A DNA stretch of 49,751 bases, the filler included, from Catajapyx aquilonaris (lineage: Eukaryota), in the NCBI GenBank assembly GCA_000934665.2. It is 2 parts of 2 records of this genome, joined end to end, with 100 filler letters (N's around TTAATTAATTAA, not from the genome) between each part and the next. Parts side by side here need not be neighbours in the genome. Positions count along the whole stretch, not along the records: positions 24,981 to 49,751 come from JYFJ02005465.1; 1 more part is not named here. The stretch is one strand, 5' to 3'. The position numbers were made by a program, and so were the translations under genes. Positions 24,981 through 39,200 of the stretch are shown piece by piece. Each line of letters opens with the position of its first letter. Positions within the stretch are counted from its first letter, which is position 1. The notes beneath the pieces were generated by a model, which did no database searches, had not been told where the DNA came from, and worked only from the letters and a program-made list of their open reading frames with translations.

Positions 24981-25404
24981 TGGATGACATAGAGCTGGCC
25001 GCTGGGTAAAGGATATTTTCAACAAGACGGTGCCACATGCCATAAATCAAACAAATCCATGGAGGTCATTGACCCTTCACCCAGCTCGACGTCATCCAGT
25101 TCCTCAACAAACTCCATGAAAATGCGTCGGTACTCTTCGGTGTTAACAGTCCTGTGGAAGAAAATTGGTCCCACTATTCTCTGTGCGGAGATTGCGCGCC
25201 AAACCTGCATCTTGGCAGCACCTGTCACAAAATGGCGCGAAACAGCTGGCAACACCGCAGTTATGAACACCCGCGCAATCTACTGACAAGGAACCATATC
25301 TCCCATGGATCCCGCTTAATTCGAAACTAAAAAGGGGTCATTATGTTCATGTCCATCCGAATAAAGAAAGAAAAAAATGTGTCAGTTTTATATGAATCAC
25401 CCTG
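24981..25404 (-). mobile_element. Tc1/mariner transposon remnant (rearranged)
   Basis: Minus strand VWRAISAQRIVGPIFFHRTVNTEEY..LDDVEL, plus strand GYFQQDGATCH (DDE-domain motif), and a TA-flanked terminus CAGGGTGATTCATAT on the minus strand at 25404. Confidence 0.75.
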
Positions 25405-26138
25405 TAGTAGAAGGCTGCAAAATAATGGTGGACCGTAACAGTAGATCCTTCAAGATCATGAAGCTAGCCCTGATGAATAGGCCTAGGACTATGATGCTTA
25501 CGGTGATTTTATTTGCATTATAATTGGCATAATTATGCCTCCTTTCCTATGCTCTCATCGTGTCATTTCCTCACAGGTTATCAGCAGCAAAAGGGGCACA
25601 TTCCAAAATGGTTACACAACAATGCCAATAAATCCTCCAAACAATCAAGTTACACAACAGAGTCTAAATGAATATGAATAACAATGACAGGCGTCCCCAG
25701 TGCCGAAGGTTATTCGAATGCTGCATCAATACCTGATTTATGATAACACAATACAACTTTCAAAGTGCTCTCCTCCTGTGAAATTGACTTTTTGGACTTG
25801 TGCCCCTATTATTGCCGGGGTGCGATATGTTTGTCGACATGTTTAGTAAATGCTTCAAGAGAGACTAGTAACCTAATAATGTACTTAACATGATGCCTAT
25901 ACAGTACAGTTTCAGAATTTATCTCACATTCCTACTTGTGGATATGACATTGTCGCTCTTGCACCATAAAATTCCAATCAGTAAGTCTAATACATATTTC
26001 ACAACGTACGTATGTTCCCGATGCAAATCAATACGGAGGCCTCGACGTATGCCCCAGTGCGATCATTAGGGGCAGTTTTTAACGGGGAAGATTTTTAGCG
26101 CATTGGGCATGTTGCAGTAACAACAAACTCAATGAGTT

Positions 26139-26568
26139 TTTTTTTTAGTTTTTTTTGTTATACCCCGTGCTAGGGCCCTAGGCCCTCTTAGGGGAGTGGA
26201 ATACCACCATTGATGCAGGGGACAGGATAGGGATAATGAGGGGGGGGGGGACACTGGTGCAGGTGCAAGGTCTCAAGTTGGGGGTCGTGTGCAGTCCCTC
26301 AGGGGGGCGTTCGCCAAGATGACCTCCTAGATGTGGGTCAGAAACTCCCCCACCGACACCGCACCTCCTCATGGACGGGACAAGAATAGCAAAGTAAGGA
26401 AGCGGCTGTTGCCTATTATTTAGGAAGCAATCCCGGAATTCTCCTGGGGGAACCGTGGGAAACCACAGAAAACCACGGTTAGGATTGCCGGCCCCGGGAC
26501 TGGAACCCAGGACCTCCCGATTAGCAGTCGGACACTTTATCTACTCCACCAAACCGCTTCGGTCAAAA
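26139..26568 (-). mobile_element. tRNA-derived SINE (same family as 11203-11646)
   Basis: Colinear with the 11.2-kb copy, A-rich tail, TSD TCAATGAGTT at 26129-26138 and 26569-26578. Confidence 0.85.
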
Positions 26569-27284
26569 TCAATGAGTTACTCCAATGGAAAAGTATTTTA
26601 TAACCCGGGCAACGCCAGGTATCCCGCTACTAACCAAACGGCTTTCCATATTATTGCTACTCTCGTTCACCTTTGACAGCAAGTTTCAGCGTATGCTATG
26701 TCCTAAGTAGTAGTCTAATACTGCATGAAAGTGAGCCTTTGACATTTCTCATTAGTCTACTAGTTACTTGGCCATTGCATTGGTGTAGTTCTTCGGATCT
26801 ATACCGTCTTCTCCCTAGGATCTAAGCAACCAACCACCATCCAATATTTGGGTTTCAATTTACACTCTATTAATAACCCTATAAATAACTCCGGTAACCA
26901 CATTGGAACACGTATCCGCTAGCACAGAAGCTCCACGAATAGATATCACCCCGACTTGAAGGCTGAAAGCCTTCCTAAACGAGGTGCAGCTAATGACGAG
27001 ATCCTCTTTCTTGGTCCATTCCTGAGAAGACTCTCCCAAAAAGCCATCCTCGCTTCTGCGCCGAGCGCGCGGAAACCGAAGCAACAAGTGAGCTGCTTCA
27101 ATGTTCACTGGACCAATATGCCAGTTGACAGCCGCGATCTCGTTGAGATAGTTGGAAATCCGCGTCGTTCCGATCAACACGCTTCCTGAGGTGTGTGCGT
27201 ACCCTCTCAGTGACTCTCAATTGCTGACCTGCTCAAGTGCGGTTTCCATTCAATTAAAAGAAGAAAAGCGGGAAAAGTGCAATT

Positions 27285-30200
27285 ATGTTGTCCCTGCCTC
27301 TTCTTGTTTATTATTTCTTTCTCTCCTTTTCCTACTCGATCGAAACCCAATCATGGACTGCGAGTAAGCAAACGGTCACCATGGGAGTCATTTTGCCCCA
27401 TTCAACCTTCCGCCAGCGGCAATACAGGAGCAAGTTACACACTTCCATTATGGGCTTGCAAAAAGCGAGGCCCAGTCTCACGTTCTTGGAGAAGTATGAG
27501 TTGGATTACGTCTTGATGCTGCAAGAAGCTAGACCTAGCCCCACTGGTAAGAAGTTCGTGCCGTGTGAATGTTGCTGATTAGATGTGTGAGCGGGATATG
27601 TGGTATTTTAAGGGCTCCCCAATGGGAGCAATTCCGCAGAGCCACAAGTGTCTATTACAATGAGCAATTCCAGGCAAAATGTGTGGTGCTAAAATAGTTT
27701 GTGCAGTTTAACTCTCTTATACTGTACTATCACATCGCGTGCGTTTTGTTAGACGTATGAGGTACAGTATTTGAAGATTTTAGATGTAGAGAAAAAGGGA
27801 TGTCGAGACGAAGTTTTGAAAAATGATAATTTTGCCATTTCTTATTTTAAACCGTACTCCCTTGCCTTATTCCGGACATAATTTAGGCACAGTTATGATG
27901 TATAGTTTACAGGAGTTCTCTCTAGAGCGTTGTTGGTGTTATTACAGAATACCATGTGCAAGGACAGGTATACTTTCTTATTGGTAGAAATGTCTGGCAC
28001 GTGACACCTCGATTGAGTTATTTTTGGCATGCAAACCAATAAGTTTCTGCTGATGACCTATTACTAAGTTAGCCTAATAACTCGTGCTTCTCACTATAAA
28101 CTGACATAACTGTTTCAATCAGAGGTATGACTTCTCGCTCTTACACTGTGACTCCAAAATACAGTAGTAGCAGATTTCAAAATCCGCCGAAGTTCATCCT
28201 GTAGTGCAAGATTATCCGATCGTTAATTGCCACTGGCTTTTCGTTATTTTCCAATGTTTCGTGGTTTTGAATAAAATTATAGTATCCCACTGAAGAGCTT
28301 AACTGTAGATAATTAGGTTGGCTTACATTCCTTTTTGAGACAGTGTTTCACACTCCAAGCCTCGTGCCCTCAGTTTTCTTGCGGAATAATATACCATAAA
28401 AATTTAATACTAATAAAATGCAACTTATATAATTATACAGAATATACCACATTATGGAAGTATTTGAGCATGTTTTACTATTTATTACAAATGAAGATCT
28501 GAAAATATGATGAACTTTAGAATATTTTACTGATTTTGAGATATGAAGGTTTGACAAACATTTTGTGCCTTTCTACAATGTACAGTTCGTCTTTAGAAAT
28601 TGACCAATGTTAAAATATTAAATATTTTAAATAACAATATTAAAAGGTAGGTAGCTTTATCCTCCTGATACCCGAGAAGAATTGAGTAATGCAATGTCAG
28701 TTCCTATTGCATTTTCTGCACATTTTCCCAATAGGAAACGAGAAAAAAATTATAATTCTAAAATATTGAAATAAATAACGACAAACAACCAATGAGAACA
28801 TTGGGACTCAATTGATGCTACAAAAGCAGAACGGATGAAAGCTGAAAATTTAAATACCACTTAATGGATCACTCACATAGTGCTCTATCCTCAAAACAAT
28901 GTTTTTTACATTCATTTGTGGAATTCATGGTAGCAAATCCTCTCGGAAGAAGACAATTAAAGATAAATATGAAATTATATGAAAGGCCACCACTCCAGGC
29001 ATGGGCCTTGCTCCTTCCCTTCTGACCTCATAGCATGGTACTTCGCTGTTCTAGATTTTAAAACTGAACTCTAGTGCAAAGAACACTTCCTTATGGGTGT
29101 ATAGGTACAGGCACTTAAAGAAAAGTCACAGCCCATTCAGCTAAAAAAAACTTTTTTCGGATGTCCATTCAAATGGACCTTTGGTCTCAGGAAGAAAAGA
29201 AAATTACCAATTCTCTACAGCAACAAAGATTGTCACAGACACATCTTTACGTATTTCCTAATGCACATTCCTTGTGAATCCCAGGACATTCGCTGCATTG
29301 ACGAAAATCACACTCTAAATATGAAGAAAAAAATAAAACTTATCAGAGGAGCGCCTAGCTTCAGCAGCGGCATCCGCCATTTTATCCGCGATTCAATTTT
29401 CGCGGCCCAAGTCAGATATTCGACACTAGGTGGATACAGCTATTGAGACCAGATTGTAATCATGGGATACCAACAGATTACAGTTCTGTTGGCATCACTA
29501 GTTGGCGCCAAAGAAACTTTTCCAGATGTCCAATATATTGGACGCCAGGTCTCAGGAGGATATTAGAGCCTATAATGCACAATGTCCTAATTTATGAGAG
29601 TCCCCAGTACTCTCTTACAATGCAATGCAGTATAATGTACTGTTCCTTTTACTTTGTAATAAGTGTGTTCCATGTTGACTATGCAATGCTGCGCAAATCA
29701 CCTGCAAGTCACAGAATCAGTGGCGGAAATACAGGGTGTTTCTTACTAGTAGGTCAAGCCGCAAGTTGCATATTCCTTGGCCCCATATTAATCATCATGA
29801 TAATTGAGGTCCCGGCTGGTTCGCCAGCGACGCGACGGTACTCTCTTGCTCGAGCGGTCCTCGGACCTGACTCGCATTTCTTGGTTGGACGGGGTGCTTG
29901 GGAGAATATCCCACCCCCGTCCCTGGGTTGGACCCGGCATTGCAGTACAGCCGGGTCCAGTCCTCCTCTCCCCCGCCCTTCTCACCCACCCCTGCCCTGC
30001 AATCCCACTCCTTCCTCTCCTACCCCCGGCTACCAAGGCTCGACTCAGACAGAGCCATACAAGCAACCCTTCCTACCAACCAACCAACCAACCAACCAAC
30101 CAAATATTCCTTGGCCCAAACCAAGCCTAAAATGTAGGGAGAGAGAGGGAGGGAGGGAGGGAGGGAGGGAGAGAGAGAAATGCCGAGGGACCAACCTGTA

Positions 30201-33200
30201 ACGAGGTAGACGACCCGACATTGGCCTACCACTAGACACAGGCGGCAACACACACGACTCCTCTTTGTAGGGATATCTCCTGGCAGATGGACTCACGTTC
30301 CTCATAGGGGTTGCCTAAGGAGCAGGATATGAGCGTGATAATCATAATTGGTGGGATGTTGCGAGATCACCTCCTTCACAGAAGCAATTATCACGCTCAT
30401 ATCCTGCTCCCTAGGCAACCCCTGCAAGGTGCGCTGATCCATCTGACAGAGTGAAGATCTCCAGGCTACAACGAGATGCTGTGTGTGTTGCCGCCTGCAT
30501 CTAGGGGTACGAGTCTAGAGGAGCGAGAACAAACACGGTAACGAACCAAAGTTTTGAGGACACGCATTTCTGCACCGGGTTACACTGCGTAATAACTCTG
30601 CGAATTCTAAGTGGTTATGATGGCAGTATAGAGATGCTCTAGAGAAGAAAAGTGTGAGGAATCTATTGGTCACCTTGCATTATACCGGTATCTGCTTTTC
30701 GTTGCATCGTAGCGCAACAATACTCTCGGTAACGAACCAAGAAAAAAAAGTAACGAACCAAGGCGTGCGATTTTCCACCGTTCAGAACCTTTTCACGGGC
30801 ATAGTATTTGTGAGCTGTTTTACCACTTCAGGTCGTACATAATTAAAACGAGACACATCAGGACACTGACCAGTCATCTGAGGATTCTCATATATTGGTC
30901 GATTGAGATGGCTGGGTCGTATGACCTGGTCATCGCTGACTATGTATAACTCATCATGGGACTATGCCGTGATGATTGTGTATGTTGGATGTAACCCAGT
31001 ATATGAAAAGGGTGCTGCCTGCCTATACACACCAGTCTTTGGGGACCAGGCTAACACAGACACATCAATGAAGTTATGAACTGACTAGAGGGGAAATATT
31101 CAAAAATTTATAACAGCAAATTACAATTTGGCTGGTGAGTACAAAAATTATCTCGGGCAGTGAAAGACAAGGAATTTCATCAGTACCACAGATAAATGCA
31201 TATTTTTAAATTTACGGCCTATAAAAAGCGGGATGCTCTCATGACTGGGAAGAACCAACAAAGACTAGCTACCACCACCTGCCACCTTGACCGCTATAAA
31301 GACAATTAACTTCCGGACCACCCATCTTGCAGTGGCATTGTAAATAGAGGTTACTGTTTATAACCTGAGGGATTCGTGAAAATTAGTTTTCATCATCATA
31401 ATTCATAAATAAGAACCACTGAAGAGTACGGGCCCTCCTCTGGAGCTGTATCCCTCCCCCTTCCTCCCCCAAAAAATCGTCGGTAGCATCAGGGCATATC
31501 CGTATAACACATCGCGCCACCTTGATTGGTAACTTTTTACATTGAATTTGAAATCAGAGCTCTCTAAAGTCCCCGTAAACTCATTTTGACGCTAATATTG
31601 TATACCTGTCCAACTCTCGCATATGCTGTCTGCCATATAGGATCTGCCATTTTAAATTTTGAATTTTTGACATCGGATCTGAAATCAACGCCATTGAAAA
31701 CCATTACATAAAAATATCTGCATTTTTGGCCGTGGATTTGCTTATTATCTGAGCCGAGATCGGAGGGAGCGCGCTCGGCGGCAGGAAAATGCCTTGGTTC
31801 GTTACCGTCCAAATAAACACATGAAGATATGGTATTGGGCTGAATCTTTGCACACTGCTGTATTGAACGACTCCCACGGAGGTTTGCAAGTTTGACGCTC
31901 CAAATCATTGGTATAGGGTGCGTACGGGATTTCTTTGTAATTTTTGGTTACGAACCAAAGTTTTCGGAAGACTCTGGTTATATAGTTACTAAAACTGACG
32001 CACACAGAGATCATCCTCCGACAATTTAAGCACATCAATCGAAAGAGGACATCAAGCTGCATCCAACAGACATGCTTGAGAAGTGATCGAATGAATGGAA
32101 ATTCTTACAGAGGCGCCAAAAGCCGCGCGTGTCCCCAGATACCAAAAGGCCGTCTGCGCGCACAGTTGAACGTATGAGCAGCTGGTGCCAAAGAACAGCA
32201 ACACTGGGCAATTTTAAGGTTGGCATTGTTTAGTAGAGATGTTGAGCATCCGATTGGTGTGATAAAACCCGGTATTCAACGAAAAAAAATCGTCGCTTCA
32301 TGTCCGCTCTATCGCAAAAATGCTCAGCACATATGACTGTACTGTACTGTACGTGGAGTAAGAAATAATTTTTTTTGTGCTCTCTTCCTTTTTCCCATAT
32401 TACTTCGTCGCCATTGCTTGCCCTGATTTTTACATTTTGTCAGGTCCAATACAAGGGCACTTGCTCAAGAAAACATGTGTGACTCGGTAAGGCAAAAGGA
32501 AGTTATGACAAAATTGAAGGAGAACAACTATTCTTTTTGACTTGTGCTTTTCAACTTCCTCAGCCCTCGTTTATAGCTATGCCCTACTCGCAGAGGGAAA
32601 CAGTGATCGTGTGAAAATCAATACGCAAATAATGCCACATGACTTATTTCCATTATTCCCTTCCAACCAAGGAGAATAGCTGCCGTACAAATATGGTTTG
32701 GCCGACACGACAACGCTGAGTGTCTCAATGGTCAATAGTGTAACAGTTTAAAATTCCTCTGTCTTGACATTAATACAGTATTATCCGATGCAACCCGTAT
32801 ACAGTAGCTGTGGTCCATGCAGCACATTATTTTGCTGGATGAGTTGGAAAGGAGTCCACAGTACTGACTGTACTGTACAGTATACTCCCTCGTACAGAGT
32901 TGTGTTTTCTATGCTTACCCATCATCCGATGTCCCAACTCCTTATTACTCAGGAAAGTTTGGTTGTCATAAGCCATAACATGGAACATTTCAGGGGTGAA
33001 ATGTCGAGTCACATCCTCTTTTCTGCAAATCATCACTGACAGGCAGTCAACAGGGTACCGGGTAATTAGGATCTCAGGAAGGAACGACACTGAAAGCACT
33101 GAATGATATTCAAGTGCTGCTGATGAAGAAACTGTATTTTCTTCAGGCAATAAGTTAGTCTATATTTTAAAGTATTATATTGCATATCCAATTTTAGCTG

Positions 33201-36200
33201 TATGTATCTAAATTTTTATATGGAAATTAATATTAATCAATGTTTCATGCACTTTATAATTATATAAGTTACAGTATGCCACCGACTTGGTTGTGCAGTA
33301 TACGCATAACTTTTATCGTGTTTTAAACTGATGACTACCCAAGAGTGCAAGTGATTTTACAGTATTTTAAAATTCTTGTCAGCATTGAATTGAGGAATAC
33401 TGCAGGTCTGCGCATTCTCAAAAGACACTTCAAATGACTACTCGCAAATATACTGTACATTCACTACTACCAGCACTGGGTCACATCCTGATATTGAGCG
33501 CATTACATTCACCTCACTGCTTCCTAGCGCGATCATTAATGTACTACACATTACTGTATAATCAGGGTGATAATGCTCAAGAGCTGGTATTAACAGGTTG
33601 GCTTACCGGCATTAATCGCTATGAAATATGAAAAGACTGCAATTGACACATTCTGCTGGTTCACACACACTGGTTTACAAAGTTGGCTAATATTGGTCTG
33701 GCTTCAGTGCAGTGCACCCAGTAAATAATTCTGCAAAATGTCACACACTAAATGTAGGTATACTGTGGCTATTCATATGTGCCTGACTAATTTTACTCCA
33801 TGCCCTTTGAGAGAAGCGTGATTATTGATGTTTCAGCTCTTTGGCACACGACAGAGTAGTTCTATTGCACTTTACATAATTTTATATTGTCCATTAGGAT
33901 ATTGGCTGAAAATTAGTAAAATACAATAACAACAATGAAAAAGGCAACGCATTGACATCAGGATTGCAGCCTGGCTAAAATGCCTAAAAGCTTCGAAAGG
34001 ATGGGATACTAATTATATTTATTACCACTTTCACCAAATAGAGTCTAGTTATTGATGACTGCATGATGGGGGGGGGGGGGCATGAAGTAGTTTGNAGTAG
34101 TTTGAGGCAACACGTTGTCTCTTTCATTTATGGAATGGCAATGGATTACTTAAATTGTTGCAAAATAATGCGACATGTAAATTAGGCTACTACTATACTC
34201 GGTATTAGCAATTTTAAAAATATGCAGAATACACAATATGCCCGCTTTGAAGCTTTCTCTTGCATACTATAGCACAATATCATTGCATTGAAATGAACCA
34301 TTCATACGAATCCGTACTTAGTCTCACCCAATCTAAAGATTGTAGTGGATTCTATGACTATAGGGGTTTAAAAAAGATTCTGATGCCTGTGTACTACTGC
34401 TAGTTCTGAAAGTGGTGCCCTTATTATTATAAAATTTTTGTAACTAACACGGCTAAAAAGTTACTGTCACTTTTTGAGAGTTACTTTTAAGTTCAGCAGC
34501 CCACTGCAGAATACTAGTAAATTATTCCAGACCAGGAAATCCTACAATGTGAATAGTGGAACAGCCCTGGTGGACGTGAAACTGATTGGTGTTCCTGTGC
34601 AGCCATTTCTGACTGCCATGAACTTTGACCTCTTCATTACGGGCAACCACCTGTAATCCAACTAGAATCGTCATTTGACGAGACCTCTTCTTTCCGCTCG
34701 TAGCTGCGAAATTGGGTACAGTAATTGGACTAGTCCGCAAAATCTTACCTTCTCTATCCTCTCAGAGCCGAACTTGCCTACTCCCTTTTAACTTCTCATT
34801 TTGCCTATATTGCATAATATTCATGTAGGTGAAATGAGAATAATTCTAATGGAGTCAAAAAATTGGTGCTACTAATTGAGATTCGACATGAATCTTTCTT
34901 GTTGTATTACTGTACTGTAATAGGGCGAATATTTTTTTAAAAAAAGTTTCTTTCTCCAACACGCTGGGTGAGAGGGGGGCGATTCTGAGGGGTTAGGTAT
35001 GCCACACTGTAAGGCCAGCTCAAAAATCCACTAGGTTGATTTAAAAAAAAACAAAACACTTTCATGACGCAAATATTGACCTATTACAACATTCTTCGCC
35101 TTTGGCGTGTATAGGAGTTTTGTTTCGAAATACTGCAGAATTTTATTATTATTTTACTTAAATGGAAGACACCGATGTATTGTATACTTGCAGCTTATTC
35201 CTAGCAAAGAATTAAAGTTCAAGAGTCATTTCGCAGGTCTCCAGTAGAGACAACATGTATTGAGATGGAAAGTCATAAGTGTCCACATTGATTCGGTCAC
35301 CATGTCCTAGAATATTTTTTGATACATAGCAGTACAGTATAGCCTACGCTGCGCTAATAATGAATTACACTGCATTTTCCAACCAATCGTTCTAATTAGT
35401 GCGATACCTGTGAAAGCACATATTTTTGCATGTAAGCTGTTACCACGCATTACCTCCGATCTGAAATATCACGGCCAGAAATCCCTGCAATTCATGCCAG
35501 AGGCTATAATTTGATTTTCGAGACTATATCGGGCTCAATTCGAACTTGGAATAAGCCATCCGTCCGTAAAATTATACATCCTGCAGCGCTTCAAATGGAA
35601 GAACAAATATGGATTTTCCAAGTAGTCTCATTAACATGTACAGTAAAACTCTCAGTCAAAACTCCCCCTCGTCCACATATAACATTTTGATTTCAGTTTC
35701 TAACTATTCTAGTAGCCTACTGGCCAAATCATAACGGAGACTGTGCTCATTATTTCCGTAATTGAAGCTATAGGATAATAATAATATTGTATCGTCACAC
35801 GAATTCTGGGTGCGTTAGGTGGAGTTTATATCCATATTTCTCCCTTAAAAGCTGAGTCACCTGTTGCATATTGTAACTTGCTAAAAGTAGCGTATTTTAT
35901 CAGTTATTATCAGTCTGAAGGGATGCATACTTCGAACATAATGCGCGAAAGTCTATGCTGAGACAAACGGGCTCACATAATATTGACCTCAGGTCAAAAT
36001 GAGTAACACAGCTTTTTATGGCCATAAATAATGTTTCCTTACAACCTAATATTAGCAGATATACCGGTACCGGTATTATTTTTGGTATCCTGTAAAAGCA
36101 ACTGTTCGAAAGTAACTGATTAGTTGTAAGCCACGTAATGCAACACTGTCCAACTTCGTGTAGCATAATTTTAACATTTCATGTTCATACCATAAGCGTT

Positions 36201-39200
36201 ATTCATTAAAGCCGATTATCCTTTAAAATATGGTGATTTTGGTTCTGCCACAAGTTAATGTGGTGAGACAATTTGTCAGATAGGCTTTAGCCAAACCCGG
36301 AGCAAGGGAACTGTACAAAAATCGAACGTGACTGTTACAGCGGCTATAGGTTATTAAATCAGGCAATCAGCGTAAAATCAGCCCTGGGGTATTTGATTTA
36401 GGCTAATGTCCAACCAGCTGTAAACTAGGATCCGCACTAGGGGAAAATTGCTGGTCGAAAATACTGTTATTTCTAATGTGGGAATTGCCACGATAGGATG
36501 ATGATTGCAATGTGTCCCTAATTAGGGAAATTACACTGGTTATGACGAACCATAACACCAAGATATTCGCGTCACACCAAATTTCTATTTCAAAATTTGG
36601 GAGTATCAATATTATTTTTGGTACCTACACAGTTGTAGGCTATATGAATGTCAGTTTGCATTATATGAAAATGCTATTTAGTTCCGTTTTGTAATACATG
36701 TATATATACAGGGTGTATTTGAACTCAGTGCCCCGACGTATATGACTGCCTTCCTAGCCGCCAGATGATCGATTTAAGTATAGGAGTCATTATGTCTGGT
36801 CGCCGCATTACTGAGATAATTGGCCGCAAACATGTAGTATACAAAATATCCTGTCGGTTAGGCCACCCATCGAACCCTCCCCCAGTCAGAAGGCTCTGGA
36901 AGGTCTGGGGGCCGGACTTTGTTGCCCACAGGTGGTAAGGCCTCTTTGGCTAGTTACACCAGAAAATTCTATTTAAAAGTCAGGAGGAGCGATTAGGCAA
37001 AAATCGCTAAAGAGTGTATCTCCGTAATGAGGCTGCCCAGACATAATGACTCCTATACTTAAATCGATCCTCTGGTGGCTAGGAAGGCAGTCATATACGT
37101 CGGGGCACTGAGTTCAGATACACCCTGTATTGTAGATTGTAGTACACAAGAGAGTAATACTAGTGAGTGACTTTCTTAACTTTAACTTCGTGCAAATATT
37201 GTCAAAGACATTGTGGCAAATACTTGATTACAAAAAGCGGTACAAGGAAAATTTAACAGCAGGTCTGCACGTCACATGTGAAAAATTGTCCCCAGTTATG
37301 TCAACCTGATTTATGCAATCCCCACGTTGGAGTTCACGAGAAGGCAAACAACTCTCTAGAAGAGAGAATAAATATTAGGTCTTGACATGACGAAAATTTG
37401 ACTCAGTTTTCAGTTTCACATCTTGCCAATGGGCAGGGAAAACTGAACTTGAAATGGGGGTACAGTAGGTAGTATCTGCATGGACTGTAGGTTATCAAAG
37501 GAGACCCCAAAATAAAATTCAGTGTCATACGTCGCAGAAAATGTACGGGCATACGGAAAATTCCCAAGTGGTAGCTATGATATTTTTCATTGTCACTCTT
37601 CATTGCGGTGACAGTCACTCCTTGTGGATGCTACTTTAAATTTATTTTGGCTCTAAATTGGAAAAAGGAAGAAGAGAAAAAGAGTTATTCCAACAGAAAC
37701 GAAAAGGCAAGACGGTGCCTACTGCAATAATACATACCGTCTAACGGGGTGAACTTGGTCCGAAATTTACGTTTTACGAAGATATAAGTATGAAGATATT
37801 AACCCCCCCCCCCCCGGCCACGTCCATGGTTCCGCTAGGAAGTTTTAAATGTGTTTTTAAGGAACGGCATAATCTGTAATAATATTAACCCCACTGGAAA
37901 GGTCCTCTCCTAAATATTATTGACAAGACACTTGTTTCGCAATTTCTTGATTTGCCAAATAAAGTTTGCACACCATGAAAATTTGGTGGTTTAATGGGGT
38001 GGCCTTTAACTTACATTTATTTCCTTGCTCAGCTATGTCGGCACAGATGAATTTATTTGGTGTACAACATGCTAAGCGCTGCTGTAATGACATGGAGTGA
38101 TTGAAAGTATGATTTCCATAACACATGTTACCTTAAATATTCGTTAATGACATTTTTGGAATTGAGGCCAAGTTCACCCTGCCAGCCAACGTCACCCAAT
38201 TTGACGGTACGTGAAGTCTTGTGCTGCACTCGTAGTTAGTGTGTATACCTAATATCAAAAGGCTATTATAGTAGTTCAAATGCTAAATTCCTGGCAAATA
38301 ATCGGAAAGGTTCCCAAGATTACTCGGAAAACATTGAAATCAGAATCATCTGATAACATTTCCGGCTAGGTTTTCCCCCAAAAGTCGAGAACCTTCCACA
38401 CGGGTGGAAATGAGACTGGCTAGAATATTGGGTTTTTAGAATTTTAAAAGGTAAATTTGAATATTTTAATGGAATAAATTATGTGAGTAATAAAGAGGTA
38501 CGTCTAGACTACACGGCCTAAATAAGGGATAATGATAATATTGTTGAAAAATAAATTTTTAGAAATGTGAAGAGTCAGAATTTTCTCGTTAGAAAATTCT
38601 TTTCTGCGTTTGAGTGCGTTTGAGAGTGAGTTTCATTGGAAAAAATATATGTGGAGTAGATAATTACGTACTTGGTATATTTCCTAGAAAGCATTAACCC
38701 AGTGGTTTCCAACCTTTTACCAACTGCGACCCCCTAAACATGTTTCCATAAATGTGCGACCCCCCCTTCCTCCCCTCCCCCGGCCCCTCCTACAACTGCC
38801 CCCTTTCCAGAAAACATACACTCTGTAATGCGGCAGAAATGGTTCAATAGTATTAGCCTAGAAATTGCACACAAAAAAAAGTTTAACCAAGGCCCCACCG
38901 GTTTGAAACAGGGTTGGTAAAAACCAGGGTTTTTCTTAAAAAAAACCAACCCACACGGGTTTTATTGTGTTTTATTCAGGGTTGTGAACCGAACCGAACC
39001 CGGAACTCGTGAACCCGATAACATTGAACCAGCTCCGGAGCAGTAGAGTCGGGTTCGGAGCGAGCGTCGCGTCAGAACGGGATACAGGTTCAAGCCGGTT
39101 CAGGAGCCAAGGTCGGAGCGGGTTCGGGGTTCGGTTCAAGCCAACGGGTTCAGGAGCGGGTTCGGAGAGGTTCAAATCTTGGTTAGGTACAACATACCAA

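Noticed and set aside
29443..30201. 252-aa ORF
   Set aside because: Non-ATG start, runs through simple repeats, low complexity, no recognisable domain, and lies in an intron.
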